Source: Anaerolineae bacterium (GTDB lineage Bacteria; Chloroflexota; Anaerolineae; B4-G1; SLSP01). Taken from it: a stretch of DNA of 38,449 nt. Where the stretch lies: the NCBI GenBank assembly GCA_040774145.1, contig JAXGUU010000002.1, positions 1 through 38,449 on the forward strand. Reading direction: 5' to 3'. Below are positions 33,900-38,449 of the stretch, piece after piece. The number at the start of each line of letters is the position of its first letter. Within the stretch, counting starts at the first letter, position 1. A program made the position numbers and the translations under genes. The notes beneath the pieces were generated by a model that was not told the DNA's origin, did not search any database, and was given only the letters and a program-made list of their open reading frames with translations.

Positions 33900-33922
33900 C
33901 CCGAGCACATGGAGAACTATTG

Positions 33923-35695
33923 ATGAAACTACCGATCAAGCGTTACTGGAGCCTGCTCCGGACCTATCTGAGACCGCAGTGGCGGCGCATGCTGACGCTG
34001 GGCATACTGCTGATCCTGAAAATCGCCTCGCGCCTGGTGAACCCGCAGATCATTCGAGCCTTCTTGGATCAGGCGCTTGCCGGCGCGCCGACCACGCAGC
34101 TACTGCGCCACGGAGCCCTCTTTCTGGCCATCGCTGCCGCGACGCAGGCGCTGACCGTGATCAGCGTCTATGTCGGCGAGACGGTGGCCTGGACGGCGAC
34201 CAATGCACTGCGGCTGGATCTGCTGCGCCACTGCCTGGGGCTGGACATGACCTTTCACAAGGCACACCAGCCCGGGGAACTCACCGAGCGGATCGACACG
34301 GACGTCAACGCGCTCTCCAACTTCTTCTCGAGCTTCGTCATCAGCGTTACCGGCAACGGCATCTTGGCCATCGGTGTGCTGGCGCTCTTCTTTCGGCAGG
34401 GGTGGCAGTACGGCATCGTCTTTACGCTCTACGCCATCACCGGACTGCTGATCCTGATGCGGCTGCGGAATCTCGTGACGCCCCACTGGACCAAACTTCA
34501 CGAGATTCGCGCGCAATTCTACGGATTTCTGGGTGAGCAGTTCACAGGCACGGAGGACATCCGCGCCAACGGCGCCCAAGGCTACGTGATGCACCGGCTC
34601 TACGAGCACCTGCAAAGCTGGCTCCCCATCAACCGTAATGCCAGCCTGGCAGGCTACTCCGGTTGGATGACCAACGCCGCCCTCGTCGCCGCCGGTGAGG
34701 TCCTCTCCTACGCGCTACCCGGCTACTTCTTCTTCCGCGGTGCATTGACGATCGGTGAGGTCTATATGATCGGCACCTATATGGGCATGCTCTTCGGACA
34801 GATCGCGGAGCTCCGCCGGCAGATCACCGACCTGCAGCACGCAGAGGCAGGCATCGAACGCATTCAGGCGCTCTTCGAGATGCGCCCGCGCCTGACCGAC
34901 GGTGCAGGCAACCCCTTGCCCGAGGGTGCCCTATCGGTCACCCTGGATGGGGTCTCCTTTGCCTATGATGACACGCAGGAGGAGGAGACGCCGACGCCCG
35001 ACGATCGGGTGCTGCAGGATCTCAGCTTTGAGCTGTCACCCGGTCACATCCTGGGCCTGCTCGGTCGAACCGGGAGCGGCAAGACCACGCTGGCGCGGCT
35101 GCTCCTACGCCTCTACGATCCCACCGAGGGGCAGGTCCGCCTGGGCGACGTGCCCCTGACCGAGACAACCATCGGCGACATCCGCAGGCGCGTGGCGCTC
35201 GTCACCCAGGAGGTGCAGCTCTTCCAGGCCAGCGTGCGCGACAACCTCGCGCTTTTTGACCCCAGCGTCTCCGACGCAGCGATCACACAGGTGCTGTACC
35301 AGCTCGGACTGGGCGAATGGCTCACGAGCCTTCCTGAGGGACTCGACACGGAGCTGGGCTCAGGAGGGACCGGGCTTTCTGCGGGACAGGCCCAGCTTCT
35401 GGCCTTCGCCCGCGTCTTCCTCGCCGATCCTGACCTTATCATCCTGGATGAGGCCTCATCGCGCCTGGATCCGGCGACCGAGCTCCTCGTCGAACGCGCT
35501 GTGGACCTGCTCCTTGCGGAGCGAACCGGGATCATCATCGCGCACCGCTTGCCCACCGTCGAGCGAGCGGATGAGATCCTGATCTTGGAGGACGGTCAGA
35601 TCCGTGAAAAGGGCCATCGCCTACAACTCGCGACCGACCCCACATCTTACTTCTACCATCTCCTGGAGACAGGGATGCAGGACGTACTGGCCTGA
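33923..35695 (+). CDS. ABC exporter half-transporter (TMD-NBD), subunit 1 of a heterodimer
   Basis: Six-helix type-I exporter TMD. Walker [12 protein letters not shown], non-canonical signature LSAGQ (35375-35389), Walker [11 protein letters not shown]-loop IIIAHRL. The start is set to ATG 33923 (GGAG 8 nt upstream, [16 protein letters not shown]). Confidence 0.92.
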   Translation: MKLPIKRYWSLLRTYLRPQWRRMLTLGILLILKIASRLVNPQIIRAFLDQALAGAPTTQLLRHGALFLAIAAATQALTVISVYVGETVAWTATNALRLDLLRHCLGLDMTFHKAHQPGELTERIDTDVNALSNFFSSFVISVTGNGILAIGVLALFFRQGWQYGIVFTLYAITGLLILMRLRNLVTPHWTKLHEIRAQFYGFLGEQFTGTEDIRANGAQGYVMHRLYEHLQSWLPINRNASLAGYSGWMTNAALVAAGEVLSYALPGYFFFRGALTIGEVYMIGTYMGMLFGQIAELRRQITDLQHAEAGIERIQALFEMRPRLTDGAGNPLPEGALSVTLDGVSFAYDDTQEEETPTPDDRVLQDLSFELSPGHILGLLGRTGSGKTTLARLLLRLYDPTEGQVRLGDVPLTETTIGDIRRRVALVTQEVQLFQASVRDNLALFDPSVSDAAITQVLYQLGLGEWLTSLPEGLDTELGSGGTGLSAGQAQLLAFARVFLADPDLIILDEASSRLDPATELLVERAVDLLLAERTGIIIAHRLPTVERADEILILEDGQIREKGHRLQLATDPTSYFYHLLETGMQDVLA

Positions 35696-35711
35696 GGGCA
35701 AGGAGAGAGGG

Positions 35712-37559
35712 ATGACTGCAACCACACACAATGGACCGCTCAACGCCGTGCCCCAGTCACGTCTCAGCACGAGTCGGATGCTCTGGCGGTTGATCGCCTT
35801 CAAGCCCTGGTGGTCGCTCGGATACCTGGGGATCTGGCTGGTGATCCATATCATGGAGCTGACCCCGCGTATCGGGACGAAGCTCTTCTACGACACTCTG
35901 ACAGGCGATCAGCCCTTTCGCTATGGCGTGGCGGGCGTCATCGTCTACGTGATTGTAACGCGGACCTTCCACATCTTCACCATCGGCACGGGCGCCGTGG
36001 TCAGCGCCCGGCAGAAGTTCGGCATCGGCTCGCTCCTGCGCCGCAACCTGCTCGCACACATCCTCAATCGACCGGGGGCTAGGGCGGTCCCCGGCGCGCC
36101 GGGCGAGGCCCTCAATACGATCCGTGACGATGTGGGCGAGGTTGAGGACACCATCGGCTGGATCGCCGACCAGATTGCCGTGATGACCTACACACTGGTG
36201 ACGCTGGCGCTGATGATCGCCATCGATGCCAAGATCGCGATCCTGTCATTGATCCCGCTGGTCATCGTCATTCTGATCTCGCGCGCGATGGCGGCCCACG
36301 CGGAGCGCTACCGCCAGGTAAGCCGAGCTGCCACCTCGCGCTTCAGCGGCGCCCTCACCGAGATCCTGGATGCCGTCCAGGCGATCAAAGTCGGGGGCGC
36401 TGAAGCCCACGTCGCCTCGCACGTTGACGCGCTCGGAAGACAGCGACAGCACGCGATGGTGCGCGACCGCTCGCTCAACCAGGTGCTCTACTCGATGTGC
36501 GAGGAGGCCGGTACGCTCAGCACCGGCTTCATCCTGATCCTGGTCGCGAGCGCCATCCGGGACGAGACCTTCACCATCGGCAACTTCGCCTTCTTCGTAA
36601 CGTGTCTCGATAGCTTCACGATGTTGATCGTGGAGGCTGGAGGCTTCACGACACGCTTCAAGCAGGCCGGCGTCGCCTTTCGGCGCCTGATGGAGCTGAT
36701 GCAGGAGGAAAGCCTTACAACCCAGGCGCGCGCCGACGCTGGGGAGCGGCTGGTCACCCACCACCCCATCTACCTACGCGGCGAACTCCCCAGCCTCACG
36801 GTGCCCGAGAGGAGACAGGAAGACCGCCTAAGGCAGCTGGACGTGCGGGGTCTGACCTACACTTACGCAGCCAATGGAAACGGGGCGACCTGCGGCATCC
36901 GGAACATCGACTTCTCCCTACGGCAGGGCGACTTCGTCGTCATCACCGGACGCGTCGGATCGGGCAAGACGACGCTACTGCGGGCGCTCCTGGGCTTGCT
37001 GCCCAGCGAGGAGGGCACGGTGTTGTGGAACGGCGAGCCGGTGCAGGATCGGGCCGCGTTCTTCACGCCGCCGCGCAGCGCCTACACCGCCCAGATTCCG
37101 CACCTCTTCAGTGAGACCCTGCGCGACAACATCCTGATGGGACTGCCGGAGGATTGCGTCGACCTGGCGCGCGCTATCCGACTTGCTGCTTTGGACTATG
37201 ACATCGGACACATGCCTAGCGGCCTCGACACGATGATCGGCCCGAAGGGCGTACGGCTGTCGGGAGGACAGCGACAGCGGGCTGCCGCTGCACGGGTGTT
37301 CGTGCGCGAGCCCGAGCTCCTGGTCTTCGATGACCTCTCCAGCGCGCTGGACGTCGAGACCGAGCAGAGCCTGTGGGAGAACGTCTTCGCAAGCACCGGC
37401 GCGGGGAGCAGCGCTACATGTCTCGTCGTCTCCCACCGCTGCCCGGCGCTGCGCCGCGCCGACCGCATCCTGCTCCTGGTGGACGGGCGCCTCGAGGCCG
37501 ACGGCACGCTGGATGAGCTGCTGGTGACCAGTGAGGATATGCGCCGGATCTGGGGCTAG
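35712..37559 (+). CDS. ABC exporter half-transporter (TMD-NBD), subunit 2 of a heterodimer, Walker-B Glu replaced by Asp
   Basis: Walker [12 protein letters not shown], canonical signature LSGGQRQR, Walker [10 protein letters not shown] (GAC at 37332-37334 where the catalytic Glu is expected), H-loop LVVSHRC. The start is set to ATG 35712 behind AAGGAGAGAGGG, 16 nt after the subunit-1 stop. Confidence 0.92.
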   Translation: MTATTHNGPLNAVPQSRLSTSRMLWRLIAFKPWWSLGYLGIWLVIHIMELTPRIGTKLFYDTLTGDQPFRYGVAGVIVYVIVTRTFHIFTIGTGAVVSARQKFGIGSLLRRNLLAHILNRPGARAVPGAPGEALNTIRDDVGEVEDTIGWIADQIAVMTYTLVTLALMIAIDAKIAILSLIPLVIVILISRAMAAHAERYRQVSRAATSRFSGALTEILDAVQAIKVGGAEAHVASHVDALGRQRQHAMVRDRSLNQVLYSMCEEAGTLSTGFILILVASAIRDETFTIGNFAFFVTCLDSFTMLIVEAGGFTTRFKQAGVAFRRLMELMQEESLTTQARADAGERLVTHHPIYLRGELPSLTVPERRQEDRLRQLDVRGLTYTYAANGNGATCGIRNIDFSLRQGDFVVITGRVGSGKTTLLRALLGLLPSEEGTVLWNGEPVQDRAAFFTPPRSAYTAQIPHLFSETLRDNILMGLPEDCVDLARAIRLAALDYDIGHMPSGLDTMIGPKGVRLSGGQRQRAAAARVFVREPELLVFDDLSSALDVETEQSLWENVFASTGAGSSATCLVVSHRCPALRRADRILLLVDGRLEADGTLDELLVTSEDMRRIWG

Positions 37560-37587
37560 CGTCGCACCCCGAAACCTAAGGCCAGAC

Positions 37588-37624
37588 AACGCAAGGAGCA
37601 TCGTACGTCGATGCTCCTTGCGTT
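37588..37624. terminator. 16-bp perfect hairpin between convergent ABC and higA genes
   Basis: AACGCAAGGAGCATCG-TACGT-CGATGCTCCTTGCGTT lies 29 nt after the ABC stop and 26 nt after the higA stop. There is no T tract on either side, so it is a likely bidirectional hairpin terminator. Confidence 0.55.
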
Positions 37625-37649
37625 AGGGAACCGTCTTAGAGGACCGACG

Positions 37650-37958
37650 TCACTCCCCTACCTGCACCAAAGGTCGTACCTCCTGATCCAGTCGCTCCGA
37701 CAACTCGTCCTCCGCGAGATCAAGGTCGTAGTCCACCTGAAGACAAAGCCAGAACTGCGGAGAGACGCCAAAGTAACGACCCAGCCGGAGGGCCGTATCC
37801 GCCGTTATCCGTCGGCGCCCGAGTACAATCTCATTGATGCGTCGAGCCGGAACACCCATAGCCAAAGCCACCTGATTCTGGCTCAAGCCCATCGGCTTGA
37901 GGAACTCTTCCTGCAGTACCTCCCCCGGATGCACGGGGGCCAGTTTCTTCTCAGACAT
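37650..37958 (-). CDS. higA: HigA-family antitoxin (XRE-type HTH)
   Basis: HPGEVLQEEFLKPMGLSQNQVALAMGVPARRINEIVLGRRRITADTALRLGRYFGVSPQFWLCLQVDYDL is the canonical HigA/VapI pattern (HPGE...L...G.S...LA..LGV....I..I..G.R.IT.D.ALRL...FG.S..FWLNLQ..YDL). Confidence 0.92.
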   Translation of the reverse strand: MSEKKLAPVHPGEVLQEEFLKPMGLSQNQVALAMGVPARRINEIVLGRRRITADTALRLGRYFGVSPQFWLCLQVDYDLDLAEDELSERLDQEVRPLVQVGE

Positions 37959-37970
37959 TCTCTCGTCTCC

Positions 37971-38252
37971 TCAATGGTAATCGACAATCTCCACGCTATA
38001 GGCATCTCCTTCCAGCCACTCAAAACAGAGGCGCCATTGATCGTTGATCCGGATGCTGTACTGACCTTCGCGCTCCCCACGCAGTTTCTCCAAGCGGTTA
38101 GCCGGCGGAACACGCAGGTCATTGAGGCCCATAGCTCTATGCAGCATACGCAGCTTTCGCAAGGCCACCGGCTGAATCGTCGGCGGGAACTTCCGCGACC
38201 TCTGTCGCTGGAACACTCGTTGCGTCTCCGAGCACGCAAAGCTCCGTATCAT
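37971..38252 (-). CDS. higB: HigB-family toxin (RelE/ParE superfamily, plasmid-maintenance killer protein)
   Basis: MIRSF...L..L..A..L.DL.VPP.NRLEKL.G.R.GQYSIRINDQWR.CF.W..G.A..VEIVDYH is the canonical HigB pattern. The toxin is upstream of the antitoxin, as in higBA modules, with a 12-nt gap. Confidence 0.92.
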   Translation of the reverse strand: MIRSFACSETQRVFQRQRSRKFPPTIQPVALRKLRMLHRAMGLNDLRVPPANRLEKLRGEREGQYSIRINDQWRLCFEWLEGDAYSVEIVDYH

Positions 38253-38258
38253 GGACTC

Positions 38259-38287
38259 ATGATATAACGGAGTACGTTAAACGTCAA
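38259..38287 (-). promoter_or_regulatory. higBA promoter with internal palindrome
   Basis: Minus strand: TTGACG (38287-38282), a 17-nt spacer, then TATCAT (38264-38259). The 11-bp palindrome ACGTT-A-AACGT (38274-38284) overlaps the -35 and spacer. The -10 ends only 6 nt before the higB ATG. Confidence 0.45.
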
Positions 38288-38449
38288 GGGTTAAGCCAAC
38301 CCTGAGATTCCGCAGTAAAAGGGATAGGATGACCGAGGGAACCGAACGACAGAGGGACATAGAGCTGGGTTGAGCGAGTTTCTGAAGGCTGCGGGGGGAG
38401 GGTGAGGGAGAATGGGGCGATGTAAAGCGACGGTGGGGAGGGAAAGCAG

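Noticed and set aside
33739-34536. 265-aa plus-strand ORF covering the ABC leader and the start of ABC subunit 1
   Set aside because: It is out of frame with the ABC gene, passes straight through the terminator hairpin, and is Cys/Arg/Ala-rich with no SD.
36975-38267. 208-aa minus ORF over ABC subunit 2 and 218-aa plus ORF over higBA
   Set aside because: Both are antisense to genes with canonical motifs (Walker/signature motifs, HigA HTH, HigB).

Overview
GC-rich bacterial chromosomal window. Gene content and strong GGAGG ribosome-binding sites look Chloroflexota/Thermomicrobia-like, but that is inference only. I support about 30 real genes. Most long ORFs in the supplied track that lie antisense to them are GC-driven shadow ORFs. 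Many track ORFs also start too far upstream, so I re-set starts using Shine-Dalgarno (SD) spacing. Layout: (1) 1-11.1 kb, minus strand: one operon for the LysW amino-group-carrier pathway (lysW-lysX-lysY-lysZ-lysJ) with carA-carB inserted before lysK. It is followed by a GNAT acetyltransferase that is missing from the ORF track because it runs off the left edge. (2) 11.4-15.9 kb: a decayed IS66-like transposase N-terminus that is artificially fused in the track to a 1383-aa exported beta-helix / HExxH / CARDB-like protein. (3) 15.9-18.4 kb: a degraded mobile-element patch. It holds a replication-organizer-like winged-helix gene, a DnaB C-terminal fragment, and an AT-rich island with a perfect TTGACA-N17-TATAAT promoter plus a GAAC-N4-GTTC (LexA/Cheo-type) palindrome. 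That promoter faces a stand-alone FtsK/SpoIIIE ATPase and a small membrane protein. (4) 18.5-22.3 kb: methyltransferase, two dehydrogenases, Trm112-like zinc ribbon, small membrane protein, DUF123/GIY-YIG protein, tRNA-Lys(UUU). (5) 22.5-28.6 kb: an in-frame MFS transporter-M20 dipeptidase fusion, uridine kinase, a lipoprotein glycoside hydrolase broken by one in-frame TAG, and ada. (6) 29.2-37.6 kb is the most interesting locus. It contains a NarL-type response regulator, a triple-GAF histidine kinase and a heliorhodopsin whose near-consensus promoter is overlapped by a 19-bp palindrome. Divergent from the heliorhodopsin is a heterodimeric ABC exporter with one degenerate ATP site, preceded by a structured leader with short ORFs and an intrinsic terminator. 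(7) Right edge: higBA. I saw no rRNA, CRISPR array, intact transposase or integrase. All family calls come from motif recognition by eye; no database search was possible.
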